This document shows positions 10,193 to 18,370 of a stretch of 64,000 nt of DNA, piece after piece. Positions within the stretch are counted from its first letter, which is position 1. Each line of letters opens with the position of its first letter. This DNA is from a virus. The stretch lies in the IMG/VR virus record IMGVR_UViG_3300022902_000007; one strand, written 5' to 3'. The translations under genes and the position numbers were made by a program. The notes under the pieces are model-generated. The model searched no databases. It saw only the letters and a program-made list of their open reading frames with translations, and was not told where the DNA came from.

Positions 10193-11146
10193 ATGAAGAA
10201 GATACCTGTTAATGACACCTACTTCTGCAAGCACTGCCAAGAAGAGAGGCCAGCTTCTGATTTCTATTCTCGGAACAAGTCTACATGCAAGAAGTGCATT
10301 GTCGCGAAAAAGAAAGCCCGTAGAACTTCTTGTCCAGTCGATGGCTGTGATGGGACTGTAGATCACCGCTCAAAGACGGGGTTATGTAAGCATCATACAA
10401 ATCTTGCCTGGCACAATGGTGTTGATTATTCAGATCTCGAAGCTATAGCGAGGCTTCAGGTAAAGGAATACAAGTGCAGGGCTTGTGGAGTCAGGGTAAA
10501 TTGTCAGTATGAATATTGTATGAGGTGCACTCAGATCAAACATCATTATCCTGAGTACTCTGATGAAGAGATTGCCATGCATGAAACAAGAGCTGTGAGA
10601 GTTAAGAAGCGCAAAGAGAAGAAGGCTGTATATGAATCTTACTTGGAAGAGAATGAGCTCCGGCTATGTCCGAGGTGCAAGAGTGAGAAGTCGAAAGAGG
10701 AGTGGTATAGTGATCAGAGTTATTGGTGTAAGGCCTGTTATCGTGAGGGGCAGAGGAACTATTATCATAGCTACTTGAAGCATGATCCTTGTCACAACAT
10801 CCGGCATTCTTGCAAGAGAATGGTGTCCAAGGCTCTAAAAAGAGTTGGACACTCTAAAGCTGGGAAATCTTTCTTTGAGCATGTCCCCTATACAGTCCAG
10901 GAGCTTAAGACCCACCTTGAAACCCAGTTCACGCCAAAAATGTCTTGGGATAATTATGGTAGTTATTGGGTCATTGATCACATTGTCCCCCAGGCTGTCT
11001 TTAGTTATACTTCCATGGATTCTGCAATGTTCGAAGCCTGCTGGTCTCTCAAGAATTTACAGCCATTGGAACGAACTGAGAATAATAAAAAATCTTCTAT
11101 CTTTAGAGGCAAACGCTGGAATTATGATCCCAGCCGATGGGAATAA
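10193..11146 (+). CDS. free-standing HNH-type (homing) endonuclease with multiple Zn-ribbons
   Basis: Several CxxC pairs in the N-terminal half; C-terminal HLETQFTPKMSWDNYG..WVIDHIVP...CWSLKNLQPL...N..K HNH core; composition differs from flanking structural genes. Confidence 0.8.
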   Translation: MKKIPVNDTYFCKHCQEERPASDFYSRNKSTCKKCIVAKKKARRTSCPVDGCDGTVDHRSKTGLCKHHTNLAWHNGVDYSDLEAIARLQVKEYKCRACGVRVNCQYEYCMRCTQIKHHYPEYSDEEIAMHETRAVRVKKRKEKKAVYESYLEENELRLCPRCKSEKSKEEWYSDQSYWCKACYREGQRNYYHSYLKHDPCHNIRHSCKRMVSKALKRVGHSKAGKSFFEHVPYTVQELKTHLETQFTPKMSWDNYGSYWVIDHIVPQAVFSYTSMDSAMFEACWSLKNLQPLERTENNKKSSIFRGKRWNYDPSRWE

Positions 11147-11171
11147 TCTTCAGCTCACTTTCCCTTCTTGC

Positions 11172-11183
11172 TTTTGCTACAAT
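11172..11183 (+). promoter_or_regulatory. extended -10-like motif TTTTGCTACAAT
   Basis: TG-n-TACAAT about 30 bp upstream of the gene at 11214. Confidence 0.4.
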
Positions 11184-11213
11184 ACGACTTGTACCATCTC
11201 TGTGAGGTAATTA

Positions 11214-12146
11214 GTGGCTTTCTCCAAGCGGTATAGATATTCATACTCTGGCGCTGACGTAAAGTGCTGGGCTTATTTTCCTCACTGGGCTGCGGGCTAC
11301 CCAATACAGGAGAATTGGCAAGTCGATCCTCAGAGTATTGGTCAACAGCCAGCTCCAGCTCCGATAGAACTGGAAGCACTGCATACCATATCTGTCTCTA
11401 TTCATGAGCCTCGTGGCCCCGCCAGAAGTCTTGGCTTCAGAAACGTGAAGGGCTTTGCTCGTTCTGTTCGGACGATAGCCGGCTCCATCATCATGACAAT
11501 CATAGAGGACCATCCTCTATTGACAATGATGCGTAAAGATCGTGAGTATGCTGAATACCACATGAAGGCCTCAGGCAGAGATAGACGAATGTGGTCTGCT
11601 GACCTCGATATGTTTGGTGTGGGCAGTATGTTCAGTGCGAATGATCTCAGTGTTCGGCTTCCCACCATGCTTGCTCCATTCAATCTGTTTTCCAGGTATG
11701 TCTCTGAGTCTGGAGTATCAGTCGCAGATGACTTGGTAACCGTGGACACGCTGGTTGGGAAAGGGTCTGGCTTCCAGCAGAATGCAGGGATCGCTCATGG
11801 AGGCTGGCTGCTGTCTGGAGTAGAGCTCGTAGGCGAAGGTGTCACGACCTCTGTGAATGACATGGTCACTGAAGTGATGTATCAATTTGTTGCTCGGGAC
11901 TACAAATCGTTCACTACTTCAGAAGCCGTAGTCAGCGGAAACATCACTAACTTCTTGTATGACCTGGACACTCCAGTGACAGTAGAAGAGAGTCTTCATG
12001 CGACCCTCATGGAAGCATTGGCGCTGCAAGAAGAACAGTCTTGGGCTCAACAGAGTGTATATGCTACTCCACCCGTAGAAGAGGGGCTGCCGTCTCGTGA
12101 ACAGAAATACATACCGACTACCTCTCGTGGTGTGGGGATGATGTAA
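11214..12146 (+). CDS. tail tube-like protein (paralogue 2)
   Basis: YSGADVK...LHTISVSIHE....RSLG....KGFARSVRTIAGSII aligns with the tube protein N-terminus. Confidence 0.65.
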   Translation: MAFSKRYRYSYSGADVKCWAYFPHWAAGYPIQENWQVDPQSIGQQPAPAPIELEALHTISVSIHEPRGPARSLGFRNVKGFARSVRTIAGSIIMTIIEDHPLLTMMRKDREYAEYHMKASGRDRRMWSADLDMFGVGSMFSANDLSVRLPTMLAPFNLFSRYVSESGVSVADDLVTVDTLVGKGSGFQQNAGIAHGGWLLSGVELVGEGVTTSVNDMVTEVMYQFVARDYKSFTTSEAVVSGNITNFLYDLDTPVTVEESLHATLMEALALQEEQSWAQQSVYATPPVEEGLPSREQKYIPTTSRGVGMM

Positions 12147-12772
12147 TGAGTATTAAAGAATATGGATATGCCTATTTCTGCGGTGCCAATGCCGTGGTCT
12201 CCGTAAATGACTTCCCGGTTCTGGAAGCAGCGGGCATCTCTTACAACGTCATTGATTCTACTACCCCAGTATATGGGTACTCTTCCAAGCTGTTTGATGG
12301 TGTCGCTGCAGGTCAGGTTATCGTTCAGGGTTCGCTTGTCACGAATTTCGTGCATCATGACTATCTGTTCGAGTGTATAAGCTGGGGGCTATCTGGAAAT
12401 CCCACTGTTGGCCAGGCCCAGTATCTTGAAGAACAGGGATTTACTCCTTACGACCCAATTGAGTATCAGAAGCTTACGGAGGATGGCATTCCGCTTTCTC
12501 AAGATGCGATTCGGAATGCCGAAGAACAGTTTTGGACTCTGCCTACTTTGAAGAAGGATACTGGATACGAACAACTCAGAAGCATGTCCCCTCTGGCTTT
12601 CTCGCCAATAAACATTAGCATTTCGTTCGGCAAACGTTATACAATCGATTTGCTTTCGGCTTTCTTCATTGGCAGAGGAAGTACCATCCAGATAGATGAA
12701 AACACAATAATGGAAGAATATCCATTTTTCGCTCGCCAGATGAAGACCAGATATCACAATGAAACGAGGTAG
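12146..12772 (+). CDS. tail tube-like / tube initiator protein (paralogue 3)
   Basis: YFCGANAVV...ISYNV....TPVYGYSSKLFDGVAAGQVIVQGSL aligns with the tube fold. Confidence 0.6.
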   Translation: MSIKEYGYAYFCGANAVVSVNDFPVLEAAGISYNVIDSTTPVYGYSSKLFDGVAAGQVIVQGSLVTNFVHHDYLFECISWGLSGNPTVGQAQYLEEQGFTPYDPIEYQKLTEDGIPLSQDAIRNAEEQFWTLPTLKKDTGYEQLRSMSPLAFSPINISISFGKRYTIDLLSAFFIGRGSTIQIDENTIMEEYPFFARQMKTRYHNETR

Positions 12773-12778
12773 TTATAC

Positions 12779-13540
12779 ATGGCAGTTCGAGTAAGTAAGG
12801 TTGATGACAAAACGACAAGAATTGGTCGGGCTCTTGGAGCCAGAGAGACTCAGCTCCTTGAATCAAAGTCTCCCACAGGCGCCGACATTTGGGACAATCT
12901 CGATGATCTCAACGAAGAAGTTGAGGAATCACATGGAGCATTCTTGAAAAATAGCAAGCAGGAGAAAACAGTGAGCAGCCCAGTAGCCCGTCCTACAGGA
13001 CGCAGAGTACCCAGAGCAGTGCAAGCCCAGAGAGAGCTTGCAGAAGAGATCCCCACACCAGCAGAGCCTGAAGAAGATTTTGATACCATGCTCAATAGTG
13101 TTGGCCAAAAGGAAGAGGCTCCTGGTGGAGTCTTCATGAATGAGGATGAGAGGAAGTCCAAGATCCTGGAATACTTGAACAAGCTTCCCAATGCTCCTTC
13201 CGCTGCTCAGATTGCTGAATGGAAAAGAAAGCGTGGTCAGAACGGAGTAAGTGTCATTGTCTTTGATGATGAGAACGTCTTTGTTTATACTTACCTTGAT
13301 AATGCCCAGTGGCGAAAACTACAAGAGAAGATCCAGAAGCTGGCTGAACAGGGTGATAGAGACGCTGAAGATTTGCTCAAGGAGAAGGTCGTGAAGTTCT
13401 GTACCCTGTGGCCAGTGCTTCCAACAGAGTTCTTCTATACTTCTCGGGCCGGCATCCTGGAGAGTCTCTATAACGCCATTTGGACAGAGTCTTATTTCTT
13501 GCGTCCAGAACAAGTTCAGATGCTGACTGTACAGTTGTAG
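12779..13540 (+). CDS. putative tail assembly chaperone 1
   Basis: Between tube genes and the tape-measure locus; disordered acidic N-terminus, C-terminal QIAEWKRKRG..FVYTYL..CTLWP..AGILESL domain. Confidence 0.55.
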   Translation: MAVRVSKVDDKTTRIGRALGARETQLLESKSPTGADIWDNLDDLNEEVEESHGAFLKNSKQEKTVSSPVARPTGRRVPRAVQAQRELAEEIPTPAEPEEDFDTMLNSVGQKEEAPGGVFMNEDERKSKILEYLNKLPNAPSAAQIAEWKRKRGQNGVSVIVFDDENVFVYTYLDNAQWRKLQEKIQKLAEQGDRDAEDLLKEKVVKFCTLWPVLPTEFFYTSRAGILESLYNAIWTESYFLRPEQVQMLTVQL

Positions 13541-14239
13541 ATGCTCGATATAAATGCAATCCTCGAAACTGCAGGGGGCATCTATCAGACCACTACTCCG
13601 GATGGTCACCAGACGTTCTCCTACAGACTCCTTTCCATGAAGGAGTATAGAGTTTTTGCAGCTTTGAGAGACGGCGGCATATTGCCGCCGCATGAGCTTT
13701 TCACACAAGTATTCGACAGATGTCACTTGGGCAGTTTTGTCCCCGATGCTACCAGGGCGGGAATGATCCCCTCTGTTGGCCAATGGATATTGTGGCTCTC
13801 TGGAGACTGTGAATCACAGACACTCAAACAAGACATTGACCACCTTAGAGAATTGCATCCAGCCGATTCTGTCAATGCATATCAGATGTCTATCATAACC
13901 TCTGTCTTCCCCTATAAGCTAAAAGAGATAGAGGCCTGGCCTCGTACAGAGTTCCATCGTCAGTTCGTAATTGCCGAGAATATCTTGGCGAAGCAAAACC
14001 CTGACTTCGAGCGATTCAATACTTCTCAGATTCTCTCACCCGAACAGGTCGAGAAGCTCAAGCAGAAGCAGAACCCTGCCAACATAGACTTTGCCGCCGA
14101 GAACATGTCGATTCGGAAGGGTATGGGCGCTGGTAACGTAGAGGATATGGAAACTGAAATGGGACAAAAGAGGGCACGGGTGAAAGCTTTGACTCGTGCT
14201 CAGGCAGCAAAAATGGATAGAATACGCCGAGGAGGTTAG
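13541..14239 (+). CDS. putative tail assembly chaperone 2
   Basis: In frame directly after the TAG of the previous gene; FSYRLLSMKEY..AGMIPSV resembles the chaperone 1 domain; precedes the tape-measure-like gene. Confidence 0.5.
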   Translation: MLDINAILETAGGIYQTTTPDGHQTFSYRLLSMKEYRVFAALRDGGILPPHELFTQVFDRCHLGSFVPDATRAGMIPSVGQWILWLSGDCESQTLKQDIDHLRELHPADSVNAYQMSIITSVFPYKLKEIEAWPRTEFHRQFVIAENILAKQNPDFERFNTSQILSPEQVEKLKQKQNPANIDFAAENMSIRKGMGAGNVEDMETEMGQKRARVKALTRAQAAKMDRIRRGG

Positions 14240-14242
14240 TTT

Positions 14243-17200
14243 ATGTCTCCAAAGCGTTGGGATTCCCAAGAGAACGTTCCGTGGAATCCTCCGAGTCATA
14301 GAGCTGGAAAGTTAGCTGTAGCCGCCGCCCTCACAGGCGGCGCTGGTTATGCTGCCATGAACTACCGGTTCTCCAGCGGTACGGCAATGGACTATGCCCA
14401 TGCCGTCATCAGACACACTGGTAACGTCTCACCCTACTCTATCCTAAATACGTTCAGAGGCGCTCAGTGGCTCTCTCCCTGGCTTTCGACAGAAGCCCAG
14501 GGGCTGTCATCGGCGAAGGACCTAAAGCTGTCTGGGAGCCTCCCAGGGGCTCCAGGAGCACGCTATCATCACTGGGCAGAGGAGATGATTGGGGACGATG
14601 CCTCCAAGGAGTGGATTCGCAAGGTAGCTGGTAGTAAGAGATTCCAGCAAGCGGGCTTGGATGTCCAGCCTTTCGAGATGCTGTATTCGAGGGGTGGAAA
14701 AGATACCACTGGTGCTGGCTCACTCTGGGCAAGAGTTCGGGGCGGTGATGCCTGGCAGAAGCTATCTGGCAGTGTTTCGCTATTCGAGGCTACTCCTGTA
14801 GATCCCAAGATAGCAGCGACCAGAGGTATTCAGCAGGAGGCGATGAATCCCGCCCTTACTGGCATCTGGGATGCCATGGGGATGAGTGAGATCTGGGGCA
14901 AGAAGAGCTACGGCAAGTTCAGTCGTGCTTTCAGGACAGTCACTGAAGAAGGCAAGCCTGGAGGGATGTCCAAGTACGTTCCTATCCCTGCATTGCTTGG
15001 CAAAGACATTGATGGGTGGCAAGGAGTCCATAGGAGATTCTCCACATATGTAGGCGGGCCTCTGGCACAGGGCATGGGCCGTATGAATCGTCTGCTCGAA
15101 CAGACGATGGACCAGTTACCGATACTCCGTAACGTGAACTATGCATTCGAGCAACAGTTCAAGACGGGTATGGGAGTTCAGCCAGGCCCTGCTTCGAAAA
15201 TGTTTGCTCGCTTCGGAACACGAGCTGCTGCCGTTGGAGCCATCGGCGTTGGTGTCGCTCAAAGCGATTGGATTCGTAGACACTATGGTGTTGGTGGGCA
15301 TCTTGCCGCGACGGGTCTTACGACTACGGCAATCACGTATGCTGCTCACAAGATGTTCAACAGAACTCCTCTGACCTTTGGAGTAGCTGCTGCTTCTGCT
15401 GTAGGCCAGTTGATTCTTCCAGGTTTCAGAGAAGGCTTGGTTCCCGGCGCGATAACGACTGCATCCAATCTTAGTATTGGCAAGTCGATGGTCGGATCTC
15501 TTACATTCATGAATACTTATAGGAGAACCCTTGAGGGGTTCTTGCCAGGTGCTTCTGATTGGAAGACTTCTGTACTGGCTGGTCTGGGTGTAGCTGGTTT
15601 CTCTTATATGGGCGGGTCCGCTGCGCTCATCAAGAAGCATGGTTATAGAGGAATACTCCCTGCCTCTCTTGAGAAATTCATCGGAGTGGAGGGTGCTGAC
15701 TTTGGCTTGCATGCAGACCCACCGCCAACTATCAGGAGTCTGTATAGAGATGAAGTTCATTCCATAGCTCAAAAGCGTCTCGGAACTGAGTACGGCTCCA
15801 TCATGAGTGAGCGTGGATGGGTAAGTTTCAAGAACCGAAAGATTGATCTGGCTCTACAAAGACAGGGCCAGTCGTCTGGCACTTGGCGTGGCCTCATGGA
15901 TGAGCTGGATCTCGCTTGGGAGACAGCATCTACCAAGTATGGTCAGTTCTTGAGCGGTGAGCTGGAGGGCTATCCTAACCTCAATAATTCTCTGCGTTCT
16001 CGCATTGCGAAGATCAATGGAGAATTCCAGGGAAGAACGGCTTCCGCGACCTCCAAGCGCTTTCTTGCGAAGAGTGGTACCAAAATCTGGCACTCATTCT
16101 TGGGAATGAACCCAGCTGTGGCCTCTCTCAGAGAAGACCTCGGTGTGCTCGGTGCGAAGAGTCATCTTGGCAGGCTTGGCTTGTTGTTTGGTGCTGGTGC
16201 TCTTGGCTGGAGCATGGTTACTGGTGGTCTGCTTGGGTCAATGGAGGACCCCTCTGAGCTTGCTGATATATATTCTGGTCGTCAACACGTTACTGTGAAA
16301 GAAGGTAGGGCCTGGGAAGCTGGCGGTGCGCCATTCGAAGGAAAGAAGCCTCTATATAGTCGTCCTCACAACTTCGCTTTGTTAATGAGCAGAGCAAGGC
16401 AGAAGGCCGTATGGGGAGATGACGAAGACGAGATTAGTCCAGTAAAGAAGTTTTTGCTAAAGAACTTCTCATATGAGCTTGAGAAGAGAACCTATTGGGA
16501 CAGGCCTCATGTTGTCTCCAGCGCTGCTTTCGAGGGCATCCCCGTAATTGGCGGGCTCCTGGCTTCTACAATTGGGCAGATCGTGAAGCCACCGAAGCTT
16601 ATGCATATCTCTGAGTGGGCTCGTCAGGGGCCCAATGGGGAGATCGAGTTTGCGCACAAGCCTGAGTATGGGAACATCTCTTACGAGATGGGAGGGTTGA
16701 CGCCTGGTGCTCCGCACTCCCCATACTCCTCTCCGTTCCAAGCTGGTTATGCTGCATACCAGTACAATGAATTGGCAGGTCTGTTTGGCTGGGCGCTGAA
16801 TACGGCTACCAAGGCTGTGACCGGCTCAGACATGTTTGCCACCCAGCGACCCGTATTGGCATCTGCTGGGGCTATCTCTTCAGCACAGAAGGCATTCTGG
16901 GACCTGGAGCTTGCTGGCGCTCTCGGATTATCAGAAGGTATAAGACGCTTTCTTCCAAGGGACCGGAGCGAAGTAGAAGAATATAATCCACTCATTAACA
17001 ACACTCCCTCATGGCTACCTGACAGATTTGCTTACGGTGATCCGTATCGCTCTGTGGACAGGGGACACGTTCGTCTGCCTGGCCCAGGCTATTCAGCTTT
17101 GCACCCTGAGCTGAAAGGCATGGATCCTGAGAACTATCCACGTATCTATCGCTACATGATTCTTGCTGATGTGGCCAATCAATCCAGAGAGTTCAAGCAG

Positions 17201-18370
17201 ACACGTCAGTCGATGTATCAAAAAAGGGCTTCTGGACAAACAACTGATTCTGAAAATCGGATGATGGACCTGGTTGATTCTCGTCTTGAGAAGATTCAGG
17301 CTTATGATACATTCCAATCCGTACATGACAATGCGATTCAAGTACCTGGGTTATCAAGGGTTAGCCAGGGGATGTGGGCTACTGCCCAGAGAGCTTTCAG
17401 AAAGACTGTCGCTCCAGTGGAGTATCTCACTCCGTTCCGTCCTGTTCAGAAACTTCTGTACGACAGAGACAAGATGGAGGCCTATGAGTGGGAAAGACTA
17501 TACGGCGGCCCCAATGCTTTCTGGGATGCACCTCAGCGTGACTTCCTCAGACCTGCAATGTATTCTGCGTTGCACAATTTAGGCTGGGATGGTAAGCCAC
17601 TATGGAGACAAGAAGTAGATAGAGACAAAGAGTATTTTGACAAGTTGGAATTCGTCAAATGGATGAGAGCTGCAGAGTCGGCCCCGACAGGCCAAGAGCG
17701 GCGGCGAGCGCTTCTCAATGCTCAGAAGACGAAGCATGGTGTGAATCCGCAAGGCAGTCCCCTTTCTATATATGCTTCTCTTCCAGAGTCGGAAAAGAGA
17801 TTCTTTGACGCTTTTACTTTCGCGCCTGAAAAAGACCGTGAGCGTATCAAGGAAATGGTTCCTGCTGATCAGGTTCATCTCTATGAAGCCATCTGGAACA
17901 GAGTTGATTCTGGAGATCGGTCTTTGCATCCGGCATCTCCGACCTCTATTGACGAGGCATATCTCAATGCTCGGTTCCATGATTTACAAGGCTACTTCCA
18001 GCAGAATCCATTGCCGCCAGAAGACTGGTCGGGTTGGAAGAGCAATGTCGAGCTTGATGATATCCAGCTTAGATATGTAGAGAGAATCGGTCGAGATATC
18101 CACGATTACGAGATGTGGGACAGACAGAGTCGGCAGCTCACGAGAAAGCCATACCTGGAAGGCTCCGAAGACTTTTTGTTCGAGGGCCACCCTCTAACTC
18201 GTGACTCCATTGCTTCTCAAATCCATGACATGGGTAGACGTCAATCTGGCCCAGCTCCACAGCTGTCTGTTCATTCAGTTCCCGGCAGCTTGTTTGATAC
18301 ACAGGCCAGGTTCTACCATGACGACAATAGAGAAGACGTGATAGGGAGGTTGTTGAATGCCCTCGAATAA
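14243..18370 (+). CDS. tape-measure-like / DNA-ejection protein with several hydrophobic helices (1375 aa)
   Basis: First large gene after the chaperones; Gly/Ala-rich helical sequence with several TM-like segments; RBS GGAGG. Confidence 0.55.
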   Translation: MSPKRWDSQENVPWNPPSHRAGKLAVAAALTGGAGYAAMNYRFSSGTAMDYAHAVIRHTGNVSPYSILNTFRGAQWLSPWLSTEAQGLSSAKDLKLSGSLPGAPGARYHHWAEEMIGDDASKEWIRKVAGSKRFQQAGLDVQPFEMLYSRGGKDTTGAGSLWARVRGGDAWQKLSGSVSLFEATPVDPKIAATRGIQQEAMNPALTGIWDAMGMSEIWGKKSYGKFSRAFRTVTEEGKPGGMSKYVPIPALLGKDIDGWQGVHRRFSTYVGGPLAQGMGRMNRLLEQTMDQLPILRNVNYAFEQQFKTGMGVQPGPASKMFARFGTRAAAVGAIGVGVAQSDWIRRHYGVGGHLAATGLTTTAITYAAHKMFNRTPLTFGVAAASAVGQLILPGFREGLVPGAITTASNLSIGKSMVGSLTFMNTYRRTLEGFLPGASDWKTSVLAGLGVAGFSYMGGSAALIKKHGYRGILPASLEKFIGVEGADFGLHADPPPTIRSLYRDEVHSIAQKRLGTEYGSIMSERGWVSFKNRKIDLALQRQGQSSGTWRGLMDELDLAWETASTKYGQFLSGELEGYPNLNNSLRSRIAKINGEFQGRTASATSKRFLAKSGTKIWHSFLGMNPAVASLREDLGVLGAKSHLGRLGLLFGAGALGWSMVTGGLLGSMEDPSELADIYSGRQHVTVKEGRAWEAGGAPFEGKKPLYSRPHNFALLMSRARQKAVWGDDEDEISPVKKFLLKNFSYELEKRTYWDRPHVVSSAAFEGIPVIGGLLASTIGQIVKPPKLMHISEWARQGPNGEIEFAHKPEYGNISYEMGGLTPGAPHSPYSSPFQAGYAAYQYNELAGLFGWALNTATKAVTGSDMFATQRPVLASAGAISSAQKAFWDLELAGALGLSEGIRRFLPRDRSEVEEYNPLINNTPSWLPDRFAYGDPYRSVDRGHVRLPGPGYSALHPELKGMDPENYPRIYRYMILADVANQSREFKQTRQSMYQKRASGQTTDSENRMMDLVDSRLEKIQAYDTFQSVHDNAIQVPGLSRVSQGMWATAQRAFRKTVAPVEYLTPFRPVQKLLYDRDKMEAYEWERLYGGPNAFWDAPQRDFLRPAMYSALHNLGWDGKPLWRQEVDRDKEYFDKLEFVKWMRAAESAPTGQERRRALLNAQKTKHGVNPQGSPLSIYASLPESEKRFFDAFTFAPEKDRERIKEMVPADQVHLYEAIWNRVDSGDRSLHPASPTSIDEAYLNARFHDLQGYFQQNPLPPEDWSGWKSNVELDDIQLRYVERIGRDIHDYEMWDRQSRQLTRKPYLEGSEDFLFEGHPLTRDSIASQIHDMGRRQSGPAPQLSVHSVPGSLFDTQARFYHDDNREDVIGRLLNALE

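Noticed and set aside
10067-11213. Group I intron hosting the HNH gene
   Set aside because: The flanking genes are complete, with their own stops, starts and a terminator, and the flanks are too short for a ribozyme core.
12146-18370. Four consecutive genes in one frame separated only by TAG, suggesting genome-wide amber recoding
   Set aside because: 12779 and 14243 have their own SD sequences; several other TAG-ending genes (4689, 31985, 33266, 39480, 43364) are followed by out-of-frame genes; and very long ORFs have no internal TAG. Only the 13540/13541 junction is kept as a finding.
18357-18370. Programmed frameshift fusing the tape-measure-like protein to the RNAP-like protein
   Set aside because: The 14-bp overlap has no slippery heptamer, and a strong GGGAGGT SD precedes ATG 18357.
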